Shown: positions 53,601 to 64,000 of the stretch, piece after piece | Layout of the letters: every line of letters begins with the position of its first letter | How positions within the stretch are numbered: the stretch's first letter is position 1 | NCBI RefSeq assembly: GCF_964355755.1 | Contig: NC_092675.1 | Coordinates: 29,422,912 to 29,486,911 of the forward strand | DNA: 64,000 nt | Direction of reading: 5' to 3' | From: Antedon mediterranea | Lineage: Eukaryota; Animalia; Echinodermata | Made by a program: the position numbers and the translations under genes | Notes under the pieces: generated by a model | Seen by the model: the letters and a program-made list of their open reading frames with translations, nothing else | Told to the model about the DNA's origin: nothing | Databases searched by the model: none

Positions 53601-55505
53601 CGTCCGATGGTAGCACTATTGAAGATGATGATGTTAGAGGTTTGAACCATTCAATTCTGAAATAACGACAATGACGACGACGATTAGTAAACACTTTCTA
53701 GGCTCCATTATCAGTGGTGTACACAAAGGCCTGAGGCCTTGTTAAACCAAGTGGCACTCCAACATTGGAGGCCTCTGGCGTTTTTAGCCTTTTTCGAGAT
53801 ATTTTAATGCCTGTTTTTTTTCCTCTGGGCACTGCTCAGGGGCCCATATAAGCTCCGGAGCCCCTGGGTTAAGCTGTGAGCGCTCACAGCCGTTACGTCA
53901 CTGTCCATTATTCTCCAAAAATGCCCATAAGACAAATAGTAATAAAAAATACAAAACAAATTGAGATGTAAAATAATGGACGAAGGCAGAATCCTAAAAA
54001 GATAAAAATATTACAGCTGGATTGCCTAAGACAAGACTTTCTTTAATTAGAAATAATTTAAGTTGTATACTGACTGAATTCTGAGTTGAGTTGTTCATTA
54101 GGGTCACAGAAAATGATGGGGCTACAGTATATTTCTAATCGAATGGTTTATTTTAATGTTTTTTGTTTAATTTTTAGCACGCAAACAAGAAATTATTAAG
54201 CTTACTGAACAAATTTTAGAAGCAATCCAAAAAGGGGATTATGAAACTTACACGTAAGTATGACCTTAGTATGACCTTAGTGACCTTAAGTAAGGTCAAC
54301 CGTGCTAGCTATGAACAGTGGTAATAACCCACTCACTAAATATTTACCTTCATAAATCCTAAAGCTCATGGTTACGACATGAATCTTTAAATAATTTAAA
54401 TCAACATTTGCTCATTTAGGAAAATGGGTCTACTGATTTTATATGTTTTGTTTTGTAGCAAAATTTGTGACCCTCATTTGACCTGCTTTGAGCCAGAGGC
54501 ATTTGGGAACTTGATTCATGGAATGGATTTCCATAAATTCTACTTTGACAATGGTTTGTAATCATTTTAAGTTTTTTATTCTTTAGTTTTTAGATATTTT
54601 GATTAATTCTGATTACTTTTGAGAAAATTGTATTCCAAGACAGTTTGCATTGGAATACAAATGTTGCAGTAACATTAAAAGGTCTGGTTCTGCTGCATAG
54701 CGCCAAATAAACCGTTTTTTTTTTTTTCAAAATAAATAAATTAATTAATAGTATAATTTTAATATTTGCTCTCTAAATTACCATTTAATTTAAATAAGTG
54801 GGTGGTCATCGACAGAAACAGTACCTAAAATGCAATGGGCACTGGTGGTCAATTCGAACGTTACTGCAGTGTAGTTGACTCAAGGTCAGCGACTGTCAAT
54901 CAAATACAGTAACCGTTATTTTGCGTTGCAGCCAAAAGTTGCACAGCAGTAATCGGTTAAATGGCGTTCTAACACCGAATTGTTCTCATCAATATTTATT
55001 TTTTTATTCAGTAGCAAGAAATAACAAAGCCCGTTTTACAATTGTGAATCCATATGTTCACCTTATTGGAGATGATACCGCTGTCATTGCTTATGTTAGA
55101 CTTACACAACACATTAACAGGTACGTTGCTCTCAAATTGTCTTATTTACTTCGGTCATTCGTTATTCAATGTGTATACCATATCAAATTGATAGAAATAA
55201 TAATAATAATATCCTGGATTAATATAGCACCTAATGTTGTGAAACCTCTAAGCGCTGTATATGCTTTAAATTGCTTATTCATGCATTGCATAATGAGGAG
55301 AAAAAAAGTATATTCTAAAAATATTTTCCTGACATTGTCATTAATTAATTTACATATCGTCAATATATTGATTGTTTATACTTTTAGTGCTGGTCTACCT
55401 GTTTCAACACAGTCCGAAGAAACCAGGGTTTACCAACGAAAGGACTCTAAATGGCAGCATATTCACTTTCATCGTTCTGGTTCACCGAGCATGCCCAACA
55501 AATAG
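38614..55505 (+). CDS. CaMKII: Calcium/calmodulin-dependent protein kinase II (5' exons not in window)
   Basis: Exons 38614-38668 ([19 protein letters not shown]), 39326-39464 ([27 protein letters not shown]...HRDLK), 39964-40066 ([25 protein letters not shown]), 40205-40288 ([11 protein letters not shown]), 40723-40817, 41102-41224, 42805-42888 ([19 protein letters not shown]), 43215-43257 (GAILTTML), variable linker exons, 53559-53639, hub exons 54178-54253, 54459-54553, 55012-55120, 55388-55505 ([10 protein letters not shown]...*). All GT-AG and in phase. Confidence 0.96.
42108..42268. mobile_element. MITE family 1, copy 1 (Tourist/Harbinger-like)
   Basis: Long TIR AGCTCTGTCTACACTATCAAACTTTATGTGA ... 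TCACATAAAGTTTGATAGTGTAGACAGAGCT in a TTA/TAA context; three copies in window. Confidence 0.85.
44901..45060. mobile_element. MITE family 1, copy 2
   Basis: Same TIRs and internal sequence as 42108-42268. Confidence 0.85.
45666..45779. mobile_element. MITE family 2 (degenerate; relatives at ~46470-46620 and ~48808-48936)
   Basis: Imperfect TIR AGCTTGGTTCC...CCAAGTGGGAATCAAGCT and shared internal GTAATTTGACCAAT-like motif in three places. Confidence 0.6.
46071..53243 (+). CDS. CaMKII: Candidate alternatively spliced CaMKII linker cassette exons
   Basis: 46071-46097 (27 nt), 48554-48574 (21), 49035-49055 (21), 50711-50791 (81), 51617-51631 (15), 52214-52318 (105), 52669-52785 (117), 53232-53243 (12): each follows a pyrimidine tract + AG, ends at GT, is a multiple of 3, phase 1-1 and stop-free. 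The smallest are the least certain. Confidence 0.65.
46239..46394. repeat. 26-bp minisatellite x6
   Basis: Unit TAATAACCAATGAGAAAT(G/T)CCCATAT. Confidence 0.9.
47998..48229. repeat. Degenerate (ATC)n microsatellite
   Basis: CATCATGATCACCATCATCATG iterations. Confidence 0.92.
49944..50180. repeat. Degenerate (ATTG)n microsatellite
   Basis: ATTG/ATTA/ATTT iterations. Confidence 0.85.
50331..50579. repeat. 83-bp tandem triplication
   Basis: GGTTTTGTTGAGCATTGATTTATACTAGGTGGCAGC... starts at 50338, 50421, 50504. Confidence 0.92.
53712..53903. mobile_element. hAT-type MITE
   Basis: Imperfect TIRs CAGTGGTGTAC / GTTACGTCACTG flanked by a perfect 8-bp TSD TCCATTAT. Confidence 0.82.
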
Positions 55506-58500
55506 ACAGAATGGACAAGAATTGGTGCGTCCTATTCACTTCGGAAGGATATTTTAATCCTGTTTTTCCCAAGCTTAGGGAGTCTCTAGTAGAGACCAGG
55601 ATGTAAAAAATGTTCACATTTAACATTTTTAAGAGATATTTTGAATCTTTAAACTGTGTAATTGTACAGTTTTTGAAAATTTTGTCCGACCATGAATAAT
55701 GAAAATAAAATAGTATAAACAAGAAAATTGATTAGAAAGGTATTTTGTAAAGGTTTGACGAGTGACGTTATCGTCATGGTTTGGAGAAAAGTTAAAGGTT
55801 AAACAATTACAAACAAATTTAACCAGAAAAAAAAGTTTGAAAACAAATAAAGAAAAATAACTATATCACAATTTTTTCACATTACATTATGAGGTGGAAT
55901 TTTTTATTTGAAGAAGTGAGTTTATGTACCACTTTTTTTTCAATGGTTATTTAACCGTAGTGCAATTTTTATATGGCTATGGAATTTAGCATCTTGTGAA
56001 TTCATAACAAACTCATGTTCTCAAACATACTTCTAGCTGCTTGTTCTGATGGTAGATATTGTTAAATAGTTTGTTGTATAGGGTGAACGCTTGCAAAGAA
56101 TTTTATTGTTATCTCAGTATGTCATTGTTATTCAAACATTGTAATTTTTTAATTGGAAAAATTGATTATATGAAATTTAAAAAATTATGAAATGCGTTAA
56201 TTTTATGTTTATTATATTCTATATTATACATAAAATTTAAATATTTTTTAATTTTATGTTTATTATTTTACGTATTATATTTAAAATTAAATTTATAGAA
56301 GATTGGTTTTGATATTCTAGTTTTTAGGTTGTTTATTATATATAACTAATTTTCATGGTAAAAAGCACAAAATATTTCTATAATTTTAATTTCTGTCCAT
56401 GTCTGTGCAAGATGTTGTTTTAAATGAATGATATGATTCATAAAATTAGAATTATCTTATTCTATTAAACACATCATTTCTTTAAAATTGCATATGGTAG
56501 TCATGGCATTGTATCCTAATTCTAATATTAAAAAAAAGTATTAATACAAAATATATTTATGCAGACATTTGAGCTTATTTGATATTGTAAGTAACTATGT
56601 GTTTGAAACTGCTGGACATAATTACATTTTTGTACTAATCAATTTTTTTTAACAGCATAAGTTATTCTATTATGATATTATAATAAATCATTGTATTTTG
56701 TTTATTTTGTTAAAAACATAATCTAATATAAATTTATGTTACTTAGATATCCTGATTTGAACAGGAACATAGTTTGGTGTTTATTCGGTACCTAATATTA
56801 TATCCATTACATATTTTGCTTGTACAGTATTGCCTAAAGGTTACTCATGCGATCGGACATTTAGACTTTTAAAAAAGGGGAAAATATTATATGATGTTAA
56901 TACCATCTATGCACACAAACTACACATATCCTTTTATGCACGTCAGGGTTGGATTTAAACCATGTAAATCTTTTTCCTAATATTTTGTCTTCACAATATA
57001 CAGTGTTGTCAGCCAATTAGCCTTTTAAAAATGATTGTAATTTTTCAAGATCTAGTCCCTTACATTTGGTGTACTTCCATTCATCATGAGTTTTAAGACA
57101 GTACCCAGGGGAAGGGAGGTTTTTAATGGTTTGAACAAACCCTTCTTTTCCTGAAATTCTCTTTTCGAATGTGAGGCCACTAGCACAAGTGATGATAGGC
57201 TTAACTAGTCTAGGTCATGTTTGGTTGTGGAAAAAAACTCCTGCCTGCTGGATTGAGCTTAAATGCTAGCTCCGGGTTTATATTTTTTTAAATATAAACC
57301 TTTACAACAACACTTAAAATGACTCTATGCTAGAAATCATTTGTACTGTGAAGAATCATGTCTTAGACTGTATGTAATCTTGATTGGATTTGGTATAGAC
57401 AATGTTGTCACACATGGACATGTAGGTGCACCAACTATTTGGGACTTTTTAGAAAGTTGTGTGATTACCTAAACTCTAGGAAATACTAAGTGTTGTTTTT
57501 ATTTGTTAAGTTTCATCTAAAAAAGTACTATAGCATAGTTGTTTGTCTTGTATACATTTTTAAAACATTTTTGGATATTTTCCAGCTTTGAAATTGTCAA
57601 AATATAAACATATCAAAGAGATTATATTAATGATCAAACATCATTTTATTTACTCATTGTTTAAATGAGGATTTTTAATTGCTAAATTTGTCTCATTTGA
57701 TTTATTTGTTATTGTAAACAAACAATTGAGGCACATTTTGCTAAATAAATGATTATCCAACTGCCGTGACATAGCGACGTAGAATTGTATGTGACGTGTC
57801 TAGAAAGGGGCTTAATTATCATGCATCAGACTGTGTTGTTACGGTATACACACTTAAATATGAGGGCGCTATACTAAGCATTCACATTAGTCAACGGATA
57901 ACTTTGTATTAGTTGCTGCTCACAATGTCTCTTACGTAGCCATTTTGTTGTGCCTTATCTGTTGGTATGTCAGTATTTTTAGATTATCTTAGCAGTATTG
58001 TAATCTGTTTCATGAAATGTGTTAATAACTATAAATTATCAAGTGTCATCTCTTGTTAAAATAATCATAAATTTCTCGATTTGGTTCTTGAGTCCCTAAA
58101 AGCTTTTAACTTTGCGTCTACATCATAAAATTAACTTCCATTTCTTTTCAATCGGAAACCATTTTGAAAAAAAACTTTCAACCAATCAAATGTTAACTTT
58201 TATATATCCAATCGGATCCAATCTAATTTGCATGTTACATGGTACAAATAGTCTACCTCACTTGTCAGTAACATTGGTATCCACTTTGCGTTTCATCAAA
58301 TGTTTACAACATTTCAGTCCTTGATTTATGTTAATACTTTGATTCAGGAAATTAAACAATAATATGCTTAATTCAAAGCTATGCACTTAAAAATAAATAG
58401 TATATATAATACCATTATCCATCATATATTATAACCATATCACTGACTTATAAAAAGGCTTAATATATTTTTTTCTGATAGAAAAAACAATTTCTCTGTT

Positions 58501-58747
58501 CTCTCTGCACCTTTTTTATACCATAGGTTATAAAAGAACAAATTGAAATCAATGAATTTAGTTATTAGTGTGTGAATTGGTCTCTTTAGGATGTGGAACT
58601 ATGTGCTGACATTTAAATATGAACTCCCTGTTTTATGCATTTCTTATGTTTCCAATTTAAAATATTATATTATTATATTTAAAATAGAAGATTGTCTATA
58701 TTCCTCATGTTCAAATGATGTGTTAATTGGTTGTATGGATCTTAAAG

Positions 58748-59140
58748 AGCCACCTATGTATAATCAGGGTGATATGAGACACATTTGAAAATCCAGAGAC
58801 ACATGTTTGGGATGAATATTGATAAGGTCAAGTATGTGTGATCAGGTTGTATGGGACACCTGTGAATACTGATAACCACCTGTATATGATCAGGGTGATA
58901 TGGGACACATTCAAATATCCACCTGTATGTGATCAAGGTGGTGGTATGGAACACCTGTGGATATTGATAAGAGCCACCTGTATATGATCGGGGCGATATG
59001 GGACACATTCAAATGTCCACCTGTATATAATCGGGTGATATGGGACACATTCAAATGTCCACCTGTATATAATCGGGTGATATGGGACACATTAAAATAT
59101 CCACCTGTATGTGATCAAGGTGGTGGTATGGGATACCTGG
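58748..59140. repeat. ~42-bp degenerate minisatellite
   Basis: CCACCTGTATATAATCGGGTGATATGGGACACATTCAAATGT at 59017, 59059, 59101 with more diverged copies upstream. Confidence 0.85.
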
Positions 59141-60329
59141 TGTACCTGTCTATTTCATACAAGTTTTATGGTGTGAGAATTTTCAGTTTATAAACAGATC
59201 ATTAGTTGTTTTTACAATTGTGCAATTAGTGTAACAAATTATAATTATCTTTTTTTAAATGGATTCATAACAATTGTATCCAAATAACTATTCCTCAGCA
59301 TGCATTAATGCTAAGTTAACACAAGTCTAGTATAGATTTTATATCAGTAATACTAATCAGTGGACATATTATCAAAAGCTACTTATAATATAATGTTCTT
59401 TCCAACAAAGTTTCATGAAATGTAAAAGCAACATTAATGATGCTAATCATGTTAAATCATTAAGATAATATGTCTACAACTTCTTTTTTAAAGTTGGAAA
59501 TATAAAACAATGCAACTGTCAATTGTGAAGTATATTAATATTTGCTTTGTATAAAATGCAAAACCTATATTTCAATGATAGGTATTGAGACTATTGTTTC
59601 ATATTGTTCAAATATGGTGGGCTTTTATTATAACTATTGTATGTCGATGTTTAAGATTTTTGAAATCTTAGCTATAATACCCAGGTGGTTTTTATAGTTT
59701 TCATTTCATAAGAATTCATAATCAGGGTGGATTTTTTCTTTTATCCATAACTGAACAAGTGATGTTAATTCCCTTTTAATACTCTATTATTATCATAATC
59801 ATGAATATTTATACCCCATTATTAGCATAATCATGAATAATTATTTTTCATGTAAAAGACATGCTGTAAAGTGAACTGCTATGATGGGCTAGTACTTATT
59901 ATTTCATATACATTCAACTTTGAATACCTGGATGGGTTTCTGTTTTTTATCTTGTGAATTTAGTAGATTAAATTGTACCCGTGATTGTTGACGTTTGTTT
60001 ATTGGCCAAGAACATCTTTTTCGCAGTTAACCAATAGCTATTGATGAAAACTTGTATTCTGACCCATAGGAATAAAGGTTGGGTACAATTGAATATGAAA
60101 TATGTAGTCTGGTCTTTTGTGCATTTTGTTTTTTTTATAATACATTTAATTGTCTAATCTAAAAGATGAAATTGATGATGATGATGACGATGATGGTGAT
60201 ATCAACAGAACATTGACGGTGATGGTCAAGCATTTATTACATTATTAATTTACGCAAAAACATTATAACAACATTTTTGTCACTGGAACTATTCTCTGGG
60301 TACCACCTGGATTTTTCTTATTCCTAAAA

Positions 60330-60930
60330 ACTGAACAGCGCCACCTACATGTTAATGTTCCGATGGACTCTCCGCCGAATCTATCCCGAAAAAGAAAGTC
60401 AGGAGGAACCTCTGTGTTTTTAGTCCTCTTTTAACCTCTTTTTCGATGGAATTTATATTAAAATAAATTTTACACGACGTAGGAAAGATTACTTAGTCCG
60501 TGGATGGTACAGGTAGTGTAGTATTGGGTTGTATTATTATAATATCGTTTATGTGTTTTGACTTACCTTGACCTTTATTTTTCTGTGTCGGCTAGGCTAG
60601 CTAGGCAAGAAAGTGGAATACGTTGTTGATAGGTGGCTATATGAGGCGAGAGAGATTACTTTATAGGCGGCCTATGTCTATGATCCTCTAGCAAGGCCTA
60701 GGTTCGACACATTTATTGAGGGCTATACTAGGCTGCCTGGCCTAGTTGGCTTAGTTAGTTAGGCCTATGCCCAGGCTAGTGTATTTAATTAGTAATTCAT
60801 AATCCTAGTTAGGCCTATATATTCTGACTGAGTGCTGCCCTACAGTACAGTACATAACTATAAAAAGTGACCGAAACAAAAAAGATTTTATAGCCTAAGC
60901 AGGCGACCTAGCATAGCCTAGCTAGGCTAG
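60330..60930 (+). promoter_or_regulatory. Probable promoter / non-coding first exon of the kelch-like gene
   Basis: Local rise in CpG, possible donor CAG|GTAGTG at ~60512, followed by TAGGCCTA/CTAG-rich tract; next acceptor at 61655 precedes the ATG. Confidence 0.4.
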
Positions 60931-61295
60931 ATCACAAACTCCAATGTTATCGCAGTTTAAAAAGTGATTTTTCATGAAGAGGGAACCAACAAGATGGTGC
61001 ATGCAATCGACAAATGGGATACACAGTCACGCACTACTACAACGTCTGAACTCTTTACATTTTCCCTTTGATATACACACGCAGCGTGTTGAGCGTATAT
61101 ATGAACCAATCAGGAGTACGCCAAAATTATGATCTGTTAACCCATGTGGGTAGGCCTGGGTAGGCCCTTAAAGTTTAGACTACGTATTCCTCATTGGCAT
61201 ATTTATTTATAAAAAACCAAAATATATTTTTATTTTAACTTGGCCTTTCTGACCTAGAAAATTATGTCATGTTTCTATGTCAGAAAAAAGCAAAA

Positions 61296-61440
61296 CTCCA
61301 TGGTTCTGGCGGTCCAGTTTGCACATCTAGTACATCTTTCGAGACGAGTAGGAAGTTACCCCGATGTACTAGTAACTGGGCCCTCTACCTGAGAGACCAC
61401 TTTTTGATTGAAGAGGTCACCCAAAGACTAGATAAATAAA
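61296..61440 (+). mobile_element. Internally deleted copy of the Deu/Nin-like SINE
   Basis: ACTCCATGGTTCTGG...CTAGTACATCTTTC...AACTGGGCCCTCT...GAAGAGGTCACCCA shared with 28016-28340. Confidence 0.75.
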
Positions 61441-61691
61441 ATCCATGCTGTCACTTGTGAAATTATAATATGAAGTGTAAATTGCATACGCACGCTGAAA
61501 ACTGATACTAAGCACAAAAGCTTTTCATTGTCTCTTTTTGTTATTGTTATATATACAATCATCTCTGCCTTAATCTTCACATAATAATAAATATACTATA
61601 TAGATATTTATAGAAATCTCAAATATTAATTTGCATCATGTGTTCTTTATAACAGTTGAGTAAATTGGGAATTCTTCAAAGTGCAGCTGTG

Positions 61692-63640
61692 ATGGAAGCA
61701 CCAGAAGACATGGAGGTTGTGTCATCTGTTGATCCTCCTCCCTACCACAATCCAGATCACACACTCAAGGCTTTTGAGCTACTCAATCAATTCAGAAAGT
61801 AAGTGAGAAATAAAGTAAAGCACAAACAAATTTTAGGATTCAGGTTATATGAAGGTAGGTTTTTGTGTCGTAAAGTAAGGTCACATTATAATTAGTGTTG
61901 TAATGATGTGTTGATTTACTAACACTTTCAGTTCTAACTGAAATTAGGGTAGAACTCCCTATACTGTTCGCTCTTAGCTCTTCTAGATCTTCCCCTGATT
62001 AGTGTTAAACAACCATGATGAATTAAAACTTTTTTAAACTTTGTATAACTATTAATATCTATAAATATTGGTGTTTTTTTTTTATGACTCGACATAAAAG
62101 AACATATATAACAATTTAAATCTCGCCTTTTAAATGTTATTCTTGACTGGCAATCATAGAACATAGAGGATATAATCAGATTTTTAGCTAAATGAGTGAT
62201 TCATATTAACTGCCCATGGTTTTAATTAACTTACCTGCTGAAGGATCTTACTTTCTGTACATTTATATCATATTATAGTCTTACAAATTTGATTAATCAT
62301 TGTATTGCTGTAGTGTACATAATATAGCAACATTTGTGTGTAAATTATTTTGACTTTTTATTAAGCCTTGTCTACACTATCAAACTTTATGTGACAAAAA
62401 AATGTGACGTGCCCATATATGGACATGATGATGTCATATCACTACCATATTTAAGCATATCACTACTATATTTGGGCACATCACACTTTTTTTGTCAAAC
62501 TAGTTTGATAGTGTAGACAGAGCATTAATTACTGTATTATAATACAGAAATATACAAATTGAGGTGATTTCTATGAGTACAGTAAGTCAACAGCTTACAT
62601 ACAGTATTTCAACAGAAATATCACAGTGTAACACTATGTGCTGACATATCAATGTATTTAAACATAAATTATTATTAAACATTTTAACTATTCTAGCTCT
62701 TTCTGTCATTAATTATAAAAACAAATACAGTAGATAACAAAAAATAATAGATACATTAATTAAATATTAATCACTAACCATACTGTATGTATGTTTTATT
62801 TATACTGTGACAGGCCTTGTCTTTTAAGGCGAGCGAGTGCGATCACTCACCTAACACACTCCTAAACTGTCCTTGAGGAGTGCGATTTACAACACGCTTA
62901 AATTTGGTAAACAGGACCCCTGAATGTATTGAGTGCAATTTGTAGCAGGCCTGCTGTGATGCAGTAATACAATGCATTACTTTTTAAACACATTTTTATA
63001 TAATTACTAAACATTTTATTAATCTTGTTGTTTTGTTATTTTTTGGTATTTTTCATCTTAAAAACAATTTTGTAGAATAGATGATCAATTATTATAAATA
63101 CTATGAACCATTTTGAAAGTGAAAATAAAATGTTTATTACTAGGCCTAATCCTATTGTGTTGAATTATTAGTGACATGCTATTTTTGATTATTTTATATA
63201 CTATGGTATACTGTAAGGTTATCAAAATATAACTAATAACTTGTTGACAATGAATTGAAAAAACTGTTTTAAATCTAAGCTTATATCATTAATGGTAGAT
63301 TACTAGAGAATGATGATTGATACTCACTTTGGTGCCAAAATAACGGGTACTACTGGGTGAAATTAGATCAGAACATTGGCTAACCTCCCCCTTTGTCTTT
63401 TTCACACTCAGACAGAATATGTTATGTGATGTTATTCTGGTGGCTGAGGGCATTGAAGTGCCGGCGCATCGTGTCATACTTGCAGCGTGCAGTCCTTATT
63501 TCTCAGCGATGTTTAATGGTGAACTGGCTGAAAGTAGAGCTCAAAAGATTACTCTCCAGGAAGTGGACGCAAAAGCATTGTCACTACTTCTTGACTTTGT
63601 TTACACATCAGAGGTACAAGTTACCGAAGAAAATGTCCAG
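61692..63640 (+). CDS. Kelch-like BTB protein (KLHL2/KLHL3/kelch-like), 5' part
   Basis: Exon 61692-61798 (MEAPEDM...HTLKAFELLNQFRK) spliced in phase to 63412-63640 (QNMLCDVILVAEGIEVPAHRVILAACSPYFSAMFNGELAESRAQKITLQEVD...VTEENVQ), a typical KLHL BTB domain; continues beyond window. Confidence 0.9.
62364..62524. mobile_element. MITE family 1, copy 3
   Basis: Same TIRs and internal sequence as 42108-42268. Confidence 0.85.
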
Positions 63641-64000
63641 GTACTGTAGGCAGCAAAAGTTATTTTGTAATGTGCCTAGCTTAAAAGTTCTGTAATGCAT
63701 TTGCCCAGGTAGGCAGGTTAAGTTATACATTTTGTGCCTAGCTTAACTGGCGTAGAGTACTGTAAGCCATTTAAACTCAAACATAATTTCTTAGTTAATT
63801 GGATTTCATTTTTCCTTAATCCATTGATAATTTAACAGATTTTTAACATAAAAAATAGTCATTCTCATCTACTATTTAAATTAAAAGTCTTTTGAGAAAT
63901 ATCTGTACACCGTAACTAAAATATATGTTTGTCAAAAGTTAGGTATTATATGTATCACTGAATTAATAATGTATCTCAAAAATAGATAACAATAAAGAAC

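Noticed and set aside
54921-55505. 194-aa single ORF
   Set aside because: Two CaMKII hub exons joined by an intron that happens to lack stops; splice sites are canonical.

Overview
AT-rich, intron-containing animal (invertebrate) genomic DNA, not prokaryotic. Left 35 kb: a head-to-tail array of at least nine paralogous 5-exon genes on the minus strand (labelled A-I here; A runs off the left edge). Each has an N-terminal CABIT-like domain, a hypervariable acidic Tyr-motif linker (often with PxxPxR) and a C-terminal SAM domain, i.e. GAREM-type architecture. Linkers differ greatly between copies (10x YLE[I/V/T] repeats, YEDV/YEDI arrays, YVN motifs), copies are mosaics of each other, one has lost an intron and two appear frameshifted. 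38.6-55.5 kb: a plus-strand CaMKII gene whose N-terminal kinase exons I could not find in the window, so the array probably lies antisense inside a CaMKII intron; its linker region holds about eight candidate frame-preserving cassette exons. From 61.7 kb: the 5' part of a KLHL2/3 (kelch)-like BTB gene. Repeats include a Helentron-type HINE, a CACTA-like element nested in a Harbinger-like element, a Deu/Nin-domain SINE, several MITEs and a 26-copy 91-bp satellite. All family assignments are by manual translation and recalled motifs; no searches were run.
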